A stretch of DNA of 64,000 nt from NCBI GenBank assembly GCA_002633005.1, contig NMRA01000139.1:186001-250000 (forward strand). Direction: 5' to 3'. Below are positions 27,603 through 39,887 of the stretch, one piece after another. Numbering within the stretch: the first letter of the stretch is position 1; every line of letters starts with the position of its first letter. Below the pieces are notes generated by a model. That model saw nothing but the letters and a program-made list of their open reading frames with translations, was not told the origin of the DNA and did not search any database. The position numbers and the translations under genes were made by a program. The stretch is from Phoronis australis (Eukaryota > Animalia > Phoronida).

Positions 27603-27876
27603 CACACCCAATACTTCATCGAATCCCCACCAGATGGTAGCTCTGTCTGTCACCACCAGCAGCCTACACAATCAGAACGCGACGATAAAAAGCGAGCCGA
27701 TCTCACCGCCACGCGACGGCTCAGTTGCGCACCACATGCGACCACCGTCGGTACACACTGCAGGACACATATCACCCGGTCAGATATCGGTGAATAGCAG
27801 TGCATCGTCACCAGATGGCAGTGCTGATTACGACGGTCCGGCAGCAAAACGGGCACGGGAGGGCTGGCCTTGTTGA
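27603..27876 (+). CDS. mef2: MEF2 last coding exon
   Basis: Long pyrimidine tract + ctacag; IKSEPISPPRD (phospho-dependent SUMO motif) and basic KRAR near the TGA; protein 416 aa without 5a/5b, 450 or 444 with one, 478 with both. Confidence 0.96.
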
Positions 27877-30550
27877 GTTGGGTGAAGCAAAATGGTTTGA
27901 AGAGCAGTGGGGATGTGCACTAGCTCTTGGTGAATTGAATACGCTTTGATTCATATAAACAGTAAAAGACTATGAGTGTTGTATCTCACCAATGTGGCAG
28001 GAAACAGTATTTGTTAAGGCCGACACATTTGTTTCCCTTGTCTTCTGGAAAGACATTTTGGGGCGAGCTGCGACAGTTGTCATCTGGAAAGACATTTGGG
28101 AGCAGAGCTGCGTCAGTTTTCACCTGGAGATAGATGTAGGACCCATTTACAAAGTAGTTGTTGAATAACAAAGGAAAGTTTACATGTTGGAAAAACATTG
28201 CCTATCTATAGACTTATAGAAATGCCAGGGTGTTGTTTTGCCGTTCGCGAGTTTTGCCAAATGATGTGTGGTGTGTATATACCGTAGGCCATTAGACAAA
28301 GTATGACGGGTATATTTGCTGCATGCACTGTGGTAACGAATCTGAAATTACTGGATGTGGTGTCGATGCCGCATAACAAAGTATTAGTGAAGCGCTAATT
28401 TGCGAGTAATGCGGTAGTAACAGTTTTCAAAAAAGATCCGTTTTTCCAAAATTCCAAGTAATTTTATCAATGTTGTGGTGAAAACCAAGCATGAAAATAA
28501 ACAAAAAATAACGGTGAATCCTTTGAAAATCATCCGTAAGTCTTTGTGCAAAGTTTCTATGAGAAAAGATTTCATGGACTGCTTTTGAAACTGCACCATT
28601 CCCTCATCAACTATCCAAAGATATTTGCTAAACCTGGTCATTGTCGTGAAAACGCATAAATCTGATGTTTTAGGTAGTCAAGACAGATGCATGCTTCTAA
28701 AAGGAGGGGGTTGCGTCACGGTTCACCCTTTCAAAATTATTGATTTCACTATTCACAATGGCATTTTTTAAAAACTGACGCTTTGGAAGCTTGTGAAACT
28801 TGACCGTCACGGTCATCCGTGATTATTGAATCGTGAACAGACTTTAATGGGAATTTCATTGATTTTTGCTGACTATAGATGGAGCTGGTTGGACCCATGC
28901 ATCACATAATCTCTTGATAAGAAAGGGTCGCGGCACAATTGATATAATAATTTTCTTGCGCATAGTTGTAGGTTTTGTACACGTTTGGTCACATTTAACT
29001 CAAGTTATTTTAATTGTACACTAGGCATTAGGCAGGCAAACATTTTGCTGTTTTTGTACGGATTAAATCAGCATCTTGTTAAAATATGAAACCTTGGCAA
29101 TGAAGCAAATGTATTAATTCTCCTTAATTCCATAGCACGGCATACTGCTGTGTTTTTGCTTAATGGTACATGGTAGCTTTGGTCGATACATTTAAAAGCA
29201 ACAGAAAACATAGTTGAGGGTGTTTTGACTGTGACGTTACAGCGCAGCCAGGTTTGTGTAACGGGCCAGTCACTGTGTGCCCTTTTATCCTGTGTGGGAT
29301 TTCATTTATTAAGAGGAATGGAGTTATTACAAGACATGCAACCTGACTAGAAGTTAGACAGTGTATTCGAACTCTGTGTAAAAGTGGTTGTAGTCATTTT
29401 TATTCAAGGAGTTTTTGCTACGTTGTTGCTCACTGGTGTTGAGTCGACATATTGCAGTGTACGTTGGGGCACTGCATCTTTGAGGGGGTGTGCAGGTCAA
29501 AGGTCACCGTGTAATCTTCGGCCTGTATTTGTATTTAGGTTGTGCTGCACTGCATCTTGTAAATAATTATCATTGTTAAGAAGTATTATTTAATATACAG
29601 TTTGTGTGAGTTTTTGAGTGCTGGTCTTCACTGTTTTGTCTGAATAAATTATAGAATTTTATTATCATGATTATTACTAATTTTCATTTTAAGGTAAATA
29701 TATTGTAATTGTTCACAGCATTGCCTGGTGCCACCTGTTGGTTGTATTGTTACATCTACATAGAAGCAGTTGATCATGTGATAAGTGATTTAAGAAAAGT
29801 ATTGGTTTTGAATGCTTTTCGAAGGAAAAATTTAATCTGGCATTTTTTACAGGCACACGATTATTCTGTCAGACACCATTTCTACATCTCACCACAGGTG
29901 GCTCTGTGATAGTGTCTGATCATACTGAGTATGTTGACCCTATAACCTTTAACCCCAGTTGAACTGGCTCTTAACTGAAATAACCTAGTGTTAAGAATTG
30001 TGCTTGAGTTTATCATATTGGCTTTTGTTAAATTTTTGTATTCATTAAGCAGGCTGTATCGAATTGTCCGTGGAATTTTTTTACGTGGGGTGATGAGATG
30101 GAAATCCACTAGGTGGCATTAGTGAGACAACACGCCCATCTGTCACATATTGATGGGCAGGGGCACAGTTGACCATTGAAAGCTGAGGGCCTTCCAAATC
30201 TATCATAAGTGAATGCTCAAAACTTTGTTTTCTGTTTACTCTGGAAATAAAATGAGAAACCTGCCTACAGTAGCGCCACCTAGTGATTCCTGAGTCTCTG
30301 AGCTAGGTTGGCTGCAAAAGTGTTTTGTGTGCAGTGTGAGGAATTAGAGTTTGTGATCCTCTCTTGATTCTCCTGTATTTAAGCATGTGCATTTGCACGT
30401 TCACTTTAGAGGCAGTCACAGCGTGCAATATATTGCTTTATGGGTAACAGTTTTGTGAACATTTTCTGTGGTTAGTAAAATGCCCTCCCCCATGTGTGCT
30501 TTGATGATGGTTTCTTGTTTTGTACAGAAATAAATAATTTGATGTCATCA
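27877..30550 (+). promoter_or_regulatory. Probable long MEF2 3' UTR with several polyA signals
   Basis: No obvious transposons, T/G-rich; AATAAA at 29643, 30246, 30529; Pumilio-type TGTAAATA at 29558-29565; miR-92-family 8-mer GTGCAATA at 30423-30430. Confidence 0.55.
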
Positions 30551-31700
30551 ACATGTGGTCCAACTGAGTCAGTCAAACCATTTTGGTGCATTTTCATTTT
30601 TCACCGATTATCTCCCCCTGTAAATTGCCCAAATGGAACCATGCATTAAAAACATTGAAACTTTTGTAAATGTATGTCACAGGGGGACTCTGATAACCTG
30701 AACACACAAAAACCTTAATGCCACCTTAACTTCTTTACTTTATAGAATGGGGATGATTTCCTTAAAGTACGAGTTTATTTTTTACCCATGTCTCCAAAGC
30801 ACAGATCGTCATATGTCCTAGTTAAGGGTGCATTTCCACCTGTATGTCTGAAATTCGAATTGGGCATTTTACTCTTGTAAAATATTTGGTCTGTAATTTT
30901 CCTTAAGGTGATATGATTCCATTCAAGTTATCCAAAGGAACGTGGAATTTATCAGGGACCCAGAGTTGATGGTGGCCAAGTGAACGCTATAATTGAGAAT
31001 TTGCCGCTAGAGTTGTCGGCTCATTACGCAAGAATTCAACATCGGATGAGCATGGTTGTGCTTTTTTAACTTCAAAGTGGTTCGGTTAATCATTCAATAT
31101 TGACAGCTAAACAGCAGCGAAATGCCACTTTCAGTTTAAACGTCTGTGCAAGTTTTAGGATCTTCGCCCTGGAAAACAGATCTGGGTAGAGAGACGATAG
31201 AGTTCACGTCTTAAGGTTCATTAACGCTAGGATCTACGCTAGGGCCTCGCTTAAATCTCATTTAAACTACATGGAAATATTTCACGTTATCTCGCGAAGT
31301 CTTGCTTGTTAGCGAGGTCCTAGCGTAACTGAACTCTACCATGGTTTCCATTGCGATTCCACACCGTCATGAAGAGACTGAACCGACTACATGTTCTCGA
31401 TAGTGGTGCTTTACGCAGTAAATGATTGCAATTTTTCGTGAATTTTTTTTAAAAATTTAAACTGAAGTGGTATGTTGCAGCCAGTGCAATTTTCAAACAG
31501 GAAACTGGATTTTTTAAAGTTTCTGCGACGAGTTTTTGTTCAGGACTGTACGTACCGAGTCCGAAGGCTCGTCGAGTGCCTATCAAGGCAGTTGCGATCT
31601 GTCTTGGGTATAGTACCAGATGTCGTCTTAGTAGATACTGCGCTCATGAACATAGAGGCTCCGTAAAAATTGCATCTTGCAGCAGTTGAACCGTCTAGAG

Positions 31701-31986
31701 ATGCCACACGTTGAATTCATCACCGTTTCTTTAACCCTGTTCGTCTGCTTGACAACCGCGCAGACCGCGACATCATCACCCAATGAGCTACTTCAGAAAC
31801 TAGAGAAAAAGTTGTCCGACACGGAAAAAGAGCTAACCATGGAGAGGCTACTGCGACAGTCACTCGAGAATTACATGTCATCCGCCATAGATACTCTGGA
31901 AAAGGAAAAGCATGCATGTTACGATAAATTAGCGAAATTGAAGAAAAACGAAACAACGATTGGGGGACGGACGTCTTCAAGAATCC
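31701..31986 (+). CDS. Secreted coiled-coil/LamG-like protein, exon 1 (signal peptide + coiled coil)
   Basis: MPHVEFITVSLTLFVCLTTA-QTATSSPNELLQKLEKKLSDTEKELTMERLLRQSLE...; donor C|gtgagt, phase 1. Confidence 0.8.
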
Positions 31987-32257
31987 GTGAGTTCTAGTTG
32001 GACATCATACTGCCAGTGGCCTGACAACCATACTCGTCCAATACATGTATGACGGACAATTAGTTTCAGATAATTTAAATAAGGGGTTTGAAAGTGTTCC
32101 ATGAAATCCTGGCACAGATGTAGCTAAATAAGTTGCGACATGATAATATCGTAAGGAAACAACATTAAATTTTTGAAAGGAAAATGTCCACGTATTAACG
32201 TCGTAATTCCTAAAATGGCTGAATAATAGTCACAATTTTTGTTTTTGTTCCTGTTAG

Positions 32258-32284
32258 TTGGACAACGGGCGTGTCAGCGACGCC
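32258..32284 (+). CDS. Candidate 27-nt micro-exon of the LamG-like gene
   Basis: T-rich tract + gttag; (L)GQRACQRR; weak donor C|gtaatc; phase 1-1. Confidence 0.4.
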
Positions 32285-33796
32285 GTAATCCCAATGTTTT
32301 GTTACCGTCTCACCTGATAGTCTACAGGAGTACAGGAAGGCCTACATTTTTAGTTATGTTACATCTGTGCCATAAATACTAGTTGAGTAAACAGTCTATG
32401 GTGCCACACAGTGAACCCTAGCTCTAAGGCCGCACGTGCGAATCACTTGTCATGTGGTACCCCTTTCACAAAACTAAAAGACTGCACGTGCGCGGATCCG
32501 TCCGGTGATTCGTTCCGACTCTTCGATGGCCCTGTGGCATTCCTGAACGACAGCCCGGGGGTCACTCATATTGACGAAGTGCCCGCAAGCTTGAACCAAA
32601 ACTTGCGGGTAGGCCAGAGTAGGCCTACCTGCGCGGAGTCCAATAGACCCCTGATGTTCCCGCACTTCTTTCCCTCATAAGGCCCATTGCAATGGCCTCA
32701 GCCCCGCAAAAGGTGGGAGGCAAAAATCTACCCCGCAGAATGGGGTGGGAATTAATTAGCAGACTCTGGCACCCGCAATAGGGGTCTCTACTGAAGCAGT
32801 TTTGGTACACGCCTGCGGTCACCTTGTTAAATGATGAGTGACCCCCGTGCCGAACGGCAGTCAGCGGCCAAAGTGAGTACAAAGATGCCGGGATCACGTG
32901 AAAGGTCCTCAGTTTTGATCGAAAGTCTGATGTCGACGTGACCCTGCCCGTCAGGGGGACACAAGCCTATAGGCTCAGTGTACAAGCTGCGCACTACAAG
33001 GGCGGGCTCCCACAGGGATGATAAAACCATTTTCAACCCAATAAAATAAAATTCGGCCTTTCTACGGCCCTTTCGATGGGATATCGTTTCAAATGGGAAC
33101 TTTTCCCTAGAAGACGTTTAATTGCTCGATGTGAAACCGGCTTAGTGACAACGATAGCCGGTCGCAGGCCTATAACTCGAATAGTAAGTAGATCGGATCG
33201 GCCTTGTTTCCGTATCTAGGTGAGCTTAATCACGGCGTTATCAGCTTTTCACGAGATGGCTGGTTGCAAAATATGTGACCCGAGGATATTTAAGACGCTC
33301 CAAAGCCGACATGGTTAAATTTGGACTAATGGGTTGGTACTATGGCCAAGACGGTGGTAACTTAATTAATAAGTTAATTTATTAAACGCACATTTATTTG
33401 ATGTGTCTCGAGATGGCCAAAGGCGACTCCACATTTGACCTCTCCGTTACAAGAAAAATGCTGAGCATACTTTGAATTTGTTGATGTAGTCAAGTCTTCA
33501 CTTTTGTTTTCTAATATTGTGAAGATAGACGTACTACAGTCTCCCTCTTTGTACACTTTCGTGGAAATGAATGGCGCATTATTTTTTAGCTTAGCAGAGG
33601 CGGACAAATACTGTGGACTATTCTCTCATTTTCACCCATCAGAGGCTTGTAAACTTCTCCAACCGCTAATGTCACCATAAATATATTAACTGAGGCGACA
33701 TATGCGTTGTGATAATAAGGCACAGGACTGTACTAAATAGGACATTTTCAATTTTTTCTCCTCCTAAACTGCATATGTACTGAAATCTCATTTGTC

Positions 33797-33839
33797 TACC
33801 CTAACCCTTACCCCAGTAACCCTGACCTAACCTAACCCT
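33797..33839. repeat. Degenerate (CCCTAA)n-like tract
   Basis: taccctaacccttacccc...cctaacctaaccct. Confidence 0.5.
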
Positions 33840-34282
33840 CAGAGAGTACAATTATCCCGACTGCGGCTATGTCATGATACACATATTAGTTACAATGAAG
33901 TGCTGGTTTCATCCGATTTTGTTGAAATTGGCGAGATGCTTTTTTCTGCTCTCACCTGTTTGTTCCTAACTTTGGCTCAGACTCATAACTTTATTTGAGC
34001 TTGACCGTTCAACCTGAGAAACTGAATCTATTTCATGAATCAAATCACACCCTGTTTCATTTTTTTCAAGATATTCTGGGAAGCTGATGCTTGTGTTGCC
34101 ACTGCGGAAGATTTCCGTCAAATCACTGGATCTTGGGTTATAGGGTAATGAAAACCGTGCCGCCAACTCGGGGGTCGCTTTTTGCCCTTCCAACTATCGC
34201 TTCCGTCGAACACACAAGTTCCCCTTTTAGAGTGCATTTTGTTAATTTGAAGTCATGTCAAAGATCGTGATTTTTCTTACAG

Positions 34283-34327
34283 CTGCTACGCAACCAACGA
34301 AAGTCGTTACGCAACCTTCGACAACAG
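34283..34327 (+). CDS. LamG-like gene, 45-nt Thr/Pro-rich linker exon
   Basis: ttcttacag|(P)ATQPTKVVTQPSTT|gtaacc; phase 1-1. Confidence 0.7.
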
Positions 34328-34458
34328 GTAACCTAATTAAAGAAGTACTTTAAATTACGTCAGTATTAAGGTGTAAAAAAAGTCAGAGTGTATAAGCCAG
34401 TTACACTCATCTGTTTCCTAATAATATTTACTGTGACACTGTTCTGTTTCTGCATCAG

Positions 34459-34500
34459 CGTTCCAACCGCCAGCGACTCTACTTGACAAGACGCATTGGG
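34459..34500 (+). CDS. Candidate 42-nt exon of the LamG-like gene
   Basis: ttctgcatcag|(A)FQPPATLLDKTHW|gtcggc; phase 1-1; weak donor. Confidence 0.45.
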
Positions 34501-35159
34501 GTCGGCCAACCCTGAAATGGCGCAAATGGCGCACGTACCCATTTCCTGTCATTTGAGTTGTCGACTTATTCGGGAACTATTCATGATCGTAAAAGCGTAG
34601 TAATGTTTTTAAATCTCAAAGTCAAGTGATCTTCCGTTAAAGCTGCGTGTTCAGTCAGAATAAAAAGCAAAAATAGATCTAAGCCTTCTACTCCTACAAT
34701 ATTGGTAAAAAAATTGCCTTACCATGATAGAACTTGTTTTCTAGGTTACCAAGAACATAAAAATTATTGACACGTCAAGAAAATCGCCGACTTTACTAAG
34801 GGTTGGTCATTCCTGATATTAGAAAGTGGCCCACACTAGGGAAATTAAATATTCAGTCACGTGACACAACATGTGACCATTTCCTGCGGGTATATCGTAG
34901 CCCTTTGTCTTAGCACTTCGGTTAGAACTCGAAATATGTTTGAAGTCACGGCTAAACAGGACCAAATGCAGCTATAAGAATTCAGCATTGTCCACTGAAC
35001 AGTGGTGAAATGTCCCCTTAATTACTAGCGATAACTGAGATAACGTACATAAATCTCTATGTTTTAATTGTTAAAACAACTTTAGAAGACTTGCAGTAAT
35101 CAATGAAGTTGTACGTGAAAAATAAAGTATCTAATAACTACATTTTTTTCATTTTTCAG

Positions 35160-35184
35160 TCATAAAACCTCAGAACAAGTTAAG
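35160..35184 (+). CDS. LamG-like gene, 25-nt micro-exon
   Basis: tttttcag|(V)IKPQNKL(R)|gtaagt; strong sites; supplies the phase 1 to 2 change the model needs. Confidence 0.75.
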
Positions 35185-35859
35185 GTAAGTGTCACAGTAA
35201 ACGTTAAGGCTGATCTCAGAAAATTACTTTTCTCACCGACAACGTCCATTAAAGTCGCCCGTCTAAGCTGATTTGCAGTTCCTGAATCAGAAAGACCGTG
35301 CACTATGCGACGACAAGAACGTGTACAGGGGACAAACCCTGCAAAATTGAACGGCAAAATATGAATGTTTATTAAACGTGGATGGTTTGAACCCAGCACT
35401 AATCCCCCATTTTAATCTGTTCATATTTCTTAAGTTAACTGTATTTCTCCCGGCCGGCTATCCTACATCTCACGTCCACGTAAAGCGGCTCATTAACCCG
35501 CTTTGGCCGTCACGAAACTTTGGATACAAAGCAATTACAACTGTGAAATCCGTTTCAAAGTCAAATTTACGGATTGTTCCTGAGCTTGAAAACAACTGAT
35601 AGTCTTTTTTAGCTCGAGACCATGTTCGACAAGATAGTTTGCCGGGGCGGATCCGAATTAATTACGCGCCATGATCTCAAGCAAAAGCGAACTGCCATGT
35701 TTTCCAAGCACAGAAACCTCATCTTATCTAGCTGGTGCCAGTTACACACATAAAAAGAAAATGGTCCAAATGAAAAGCCAAAAAAGTTTTACACAGCGCA
35801 GGTTTACAACTCCAGTGCATCAATTTTGGTTCCCTGTCATCCAGTTGTTTTTTTTTCAG

Positions 35860-36016
35860 ATATGAACTAAGAAACGTGTACATCGTCTCCAGTGGATTCC
35901 AGTTCAACGGAGCAACATCCCAGATGATCATAACCAACCCGCCAATAGATCTCGTGCGAAGAAATAGTTTTGCTGTTTACGCTAGATTACGGATTGAAAA
36001 AGACCCTTGGCATTGG
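35860..36016 (+). CDS. LamG-like gene, domain exon A
   Basis: ttttcag|(R)YELRNVYIVSSGFQFNGATSQMII...SFAVYARLRIEKDPWHW|gtaaac; FxFNG..S and F.V..R.R pattern of ConA-like/LamG sandwiches; phase 2-0. Confidence 0.78.
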
Positions 36017-36198
36017 GTAAACCCGCTAACAGGAAACACCTGACCCCCGCGGCTGCGTCAACTAGGACGGGTAACAAGTGGTCGAAGATTGGTTGATAAT
36101 GACGAAAACTATGACAGTTAATGTTGTGCGTCGAGGACTACCTGCATGGTTCTTTATTTTCATAACTATATTAAACAAATTCCGTCCGATTTTGTAGG

Positions 36199-36349
36199 CA
36201 GTGGCGGATTTAGAGGGGGCCATGGCCCCTCCTAAAATTCTCCCAGAGTCCATTTGGCAGTACGGGGGTGCGAATGTCTGACGGGCAAAATCCTGGCTAA
36301 TAATCTGCCCTGTCGCCCCCCCCAACTCAAAATCCTGGATCCGCCCCTG
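36199..36349. mobile_element. Short MITE (cagtggcggat...atccgcccctg family)
   Basis: TIRs cagtggcggattt / ggatccgcccctg; homologous to 43700-43986 and 47660-47910. Confidence 0.8.
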
Positions 36350-36443
36350 GACGGTAAAAATAGCAAACGTCTCCCATATTCCGGCGCTTAAAATCACGTA
36401 CTTCCTGCTGCACCGGCAGCACCCCTTCCAAAAGGATATTATG

Positions 36444-37240
36444 AAGCAAATCGTCAACCACTACTTCCCCGGCCGGAGTACAAGCACAGCCTCGCGGGGT
36501 GGTAAACCTATAGACTTGAAACCCGTCTGTATTATCTCATATACTACCGGTACCCTGTGATTAGAACTGTTGCGGTTGTCGGTGTAACTTTATTAAAAAC
36601 TACACCGACGCCTAGCCGGTGACTTCTGCAGCCAAAACACTAGTTGTGAACTGAACCAATAACCGTTAAAAAGCAATAACTGAGTGCACACAATGAACCA
36701 GATTTTAACCTTAGAAATGAAACTCAGATGCTTCCTTCAAAAACAAAAATCACCGATTATAATGACCAGCTTGGCGCTGGCTGCCTCTGTTTGTATTTTT
36801 TGAGTTTTAAGCCACCTTAAGGTCACATGGGACGTCATCAAAANAAGCAAATCGTCAACCACTACTTCCCCGGCCGGAGTACAAGCACAGCCTCGCGGGG
36901 TGGTAAACCTATAGACTTGAAACCCGTCTGTATTATCTCATATACTACCGGTACCCTGTGATTAGAACTGTTGCGGTTGTCGGTAGCGTCGGTGTAACTT
37001 TATTAAAAACTACACCGACGCCTAGCCGGTGACTTCTGCAGCCAAAACACTAGTTGTGAACTGAACCAATAACCGTTAAAAAGCAATAACTGAGTGCACA
37101 CAATGAACCAGATTTTGACCTTAGAAATGAAACTCAGATGCTTCCTTCAAAAACAAAAATCACCGATTATAATGACCAGCTTGGCGCCGGCTGCCTCTGT
37201 TTGTATTTTTTTGAGTTTTAAGCATGGGACGTCATCAAAA
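36444..37240. repeat. ~400-bp direct duplication across a single N (likely haplotype/assembly overlap)
   Basis: 36444-36843 nearly equals 36845-37240; N at 36844; differ by two short indels and a few substitutions. Confidence 0.85.
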
Positions 37241-37677
37241 AGTCTGTGCCGCGGTACGAGGCGTCGACGCAGCATGAATGGTCAACTTAAATCTTTGATC
37301 TTACGGAGAAGCCGTAACGTCACTATTCACTAGGGACACCTGGCAAACATAGCACGTTTTACTCTCAGCAAGTTCGTCGTCTGCTCATGGTCGGCTGTTG
37401 TGTGGCCAAAAGTATTCACGACATCAAGAGTTCTACTATTTGACTTTGAACAGCGTTTCAATGCCGAAGTTATTTTTTTCGTTGCACTGGACAGAAAAAC
37501 AGGTGCAAAAATTTCCCGTCACAATACACTAACCCGAAGCCGAGTTTGCTATGTTTAGAGGGTGACGCCTCCTTTAGTTAGGGCATTACGCAAGAAAATA
37601 TAGGAGTTTCGAACCTGTTGTCTATAATCTATGCTTCCATCGAACTTGTTATCCCTTACGAAAAATTCCAATTGGAT

Positions 37678-37785
37678 TTCCCATTGGATTCCTATAGGAA
37701 ATCCTATAGGCAATCCTATAGGATCTAATAGGAAATCCTATAGAAAATTCAAATAGGATTCAATATAGGAAACCCTACAGGGTAT
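37678..37785. repeat. Low-complexity (tcctatagga)-type palindromic repeats
   Basis: cctataggaaatcctataggcaatcctatagga... Confidence 0.6.
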
Positions 37786-37860
37786 CCTTTAAACAATGTA
37801 TCAGAAATTTAGAAAGACTGGTGGATTCAGTGTTTTCAAAATCACTTATTTTACTTGCAG

Positions 37861-38027
37861 ACTCAATACATCCTATCGAAATGGGAAAATCCTTGGGTGT
37901 TCAGATTTTATTTAGAAAACGGCAGGATATGCGTGGACTTGAGACGTAATGCAATTTTGGGTGTTTTTGTGGTCAAGGATGTTCACTTGGTGAACCTGTG
38001 CGATTGTATTCTGGACCAACGTCAAGA
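37861..38027 (+). CDS. LamG-like gene, domain exon B
   Basis: ttgcag|TQYILSKWENPWVFRFYLENGRICVDLRRN...DQRQ(E)|gtaagt; phase 0-2. Confidence 0.8.
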
Positions 38028-38937
38028 GTAAGTCTAAATCGCCGACATCGAGACAAATGGAGGCGTGGACGGAGCTATATGAAAGCCCCTATGCATACTT
38101 GCCAACTGTCTCACTTTTGACGGAACCGTCCCGCTTTTTTAAAGTTTTGTCCTGCGTTCCACCACAGCATCACGTTTTACCGCCTTTTGAGCACGAGGTG
38201 GAATTTACATATAATGGAAGGTTTTGTTCTTTTCCACTCGAATGGCCTCCATTTCAAATTCCCAATTTACACGCACGACTAAACAAAAAAACTCATCTGA
38301 GTTTCTGGTAGTTGCGACGGATCATTTGCCCCTTACGGCACGGCCAAATGGTCAAGACCCTGATGTCCTGCTTTTCAATTTTCGAATGTTGGCAAGTATG
38401 TCCTACGAGTTTTCATAAAACAATGAACTTGTGAATGAAACATGTTGGACAGACTCTTTAAATCTGTAAACTACAAGGGCCTCATGTTTAGATTTTGAAA
38501 TTTTGTGTGAAATAACAAAAAAGAACTGGTTGGTCCCTATTCTGATTGGAATATGTAGACCTTAGACGTCTAATGTAGCAGTTGGAGCTCACATTGACTC
38601 ATGTCATTTTATTACACCAACAGGGTGTAAAATATCTTATTTCGGCGCCTAAATGTGCGGCTAAGTTCAAAACGAACAACCAGTTTGCGGAGGAAAATGT
38701 GTTTGGGCAGCTTAGCAACTTAAACTAGAGTGAGGCTAGTCGCGATGAAGTCGCCATGGGCAATCTGAGGTCCTATTTGGCGAGCTGATGGAAGCTGAAT
38801 TCAAACGTTGCCTAGAAAAGATAAGCCCTTGCAGTCAGCTCCGACTTCCCTGACTGACAAGATGTTGTTGGTGTTAATGTTTTAGAGGATGTTGTTGTTA
38901 CAAGAAACAACGATGGTATAATGACGATGATTTTCAG

Positions 38938-39190
38938 GCTCGACATCGGTTTCACTTGGGACCCTAAGAGCGGCCTACTGGCAATTTACCAAGACGGACA
39001 GGAGTGCAGCCGGAAACAATCCATGTACAGAAACGAAGAGCTTCAAAGGAACAATGACGCCAGCTGGGAAGTTGGGTTCAAAGGAGACACGAACGACTCA
39101 TTCTTAAAAGGACACCTGAAGAAGTTATGTATCGCACCTGGCACTGAAGCACCCAACGAGAAAAGTACGTGCAAGGGCTATGGAATCTAG
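38938..39190 (+). CDS. LamG-like gene, last exon
   Basis: tttcag|(E)LDIGFTWDPKSGLLAIYQDG...WEVGFKGD..SFLKGHLKKLCI...stop; TWD..G...IY.DG and F.G.L pattern of LamG_3/pentraxin-like domains. Confidence 0.82.
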
Positions 39191-39567
39191 AGTAGATAAT
39201 GCAGTGGTGGGCGTAATCAGTTCAAGGCAAAACTGACATTTCTCGTTCATTGTGCTATATCTGACAATTAGCCGGCCCTGTCGTGGTTGTTGTCTGCTCA
39301 CGCTCGTTCACACATGTCTCAAACACACAGACTAAAATGGATGTATCGCAATTTTCTGACCAAATTACTCTGCATATATATATATAATAAAGGATCTAAG
39401 ATAAAAGCAAATTCCTCCTCTCTTTGTTTTTATTTTTGTCTGTTGATAGCAATAGACAGCCATTTTCCTGTTTTCAACTGGACAATGTTTTCTAATGAAA
39501 TTCCAGTTGATGACCTCCATTACCAAATCAACCAAAGGGACTTATGCTTAGAAGCCCCATACAGTCC

Positions 39568-39887
39568 TTAAGTCCAATATTTTCTGTATATTAGGCATCC
39601 AGTAACAACGGCACCAATGGTAACCGCCACTGGCAAGTAACTCGTCACAGTTGAACAGGCTTTCTTGAACAACATCGCCCCAAAAATGGTATAATAGGAG
39701 AAGTTAAACACTCGAGCTGATTCGCGCTTCTGAAACGCCGCGTAATACGCCGTCAGTAGCGGCTTATCCTTTAGGAACAACCGGTTGCTAAGGCCGACAA
39801 GATCAATGCGAGACAGGAGGTTGAACAAGTGGATGTCGGCCAAGGAGAATCGTTCACCACACACCCAGCGGTCTCCGTTAGCGCCAC
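39568..39887 (-). CDS. gdap1: GDAP1-like GST, exon 5 (GST-C end, hydrophobic segment, C-terminal TM)
   Basis: WVCGERFSLADIHLFNLLSRI...VAVTIGAVVTGCLIYRKYWT stop; acceptor tttttcaacag. Confidence 0.88.

Noticed and set aside
33797-33839. True interstitial telomere
   Set aside because: Only a few degenerate units; such tracts are common inside non-autonomous elements
36444-37240. Real tandem duplication inside the LamG-like gene
   Set aside because: Copies join exactly at a single N and differ like alleles; most likely a contig overlap
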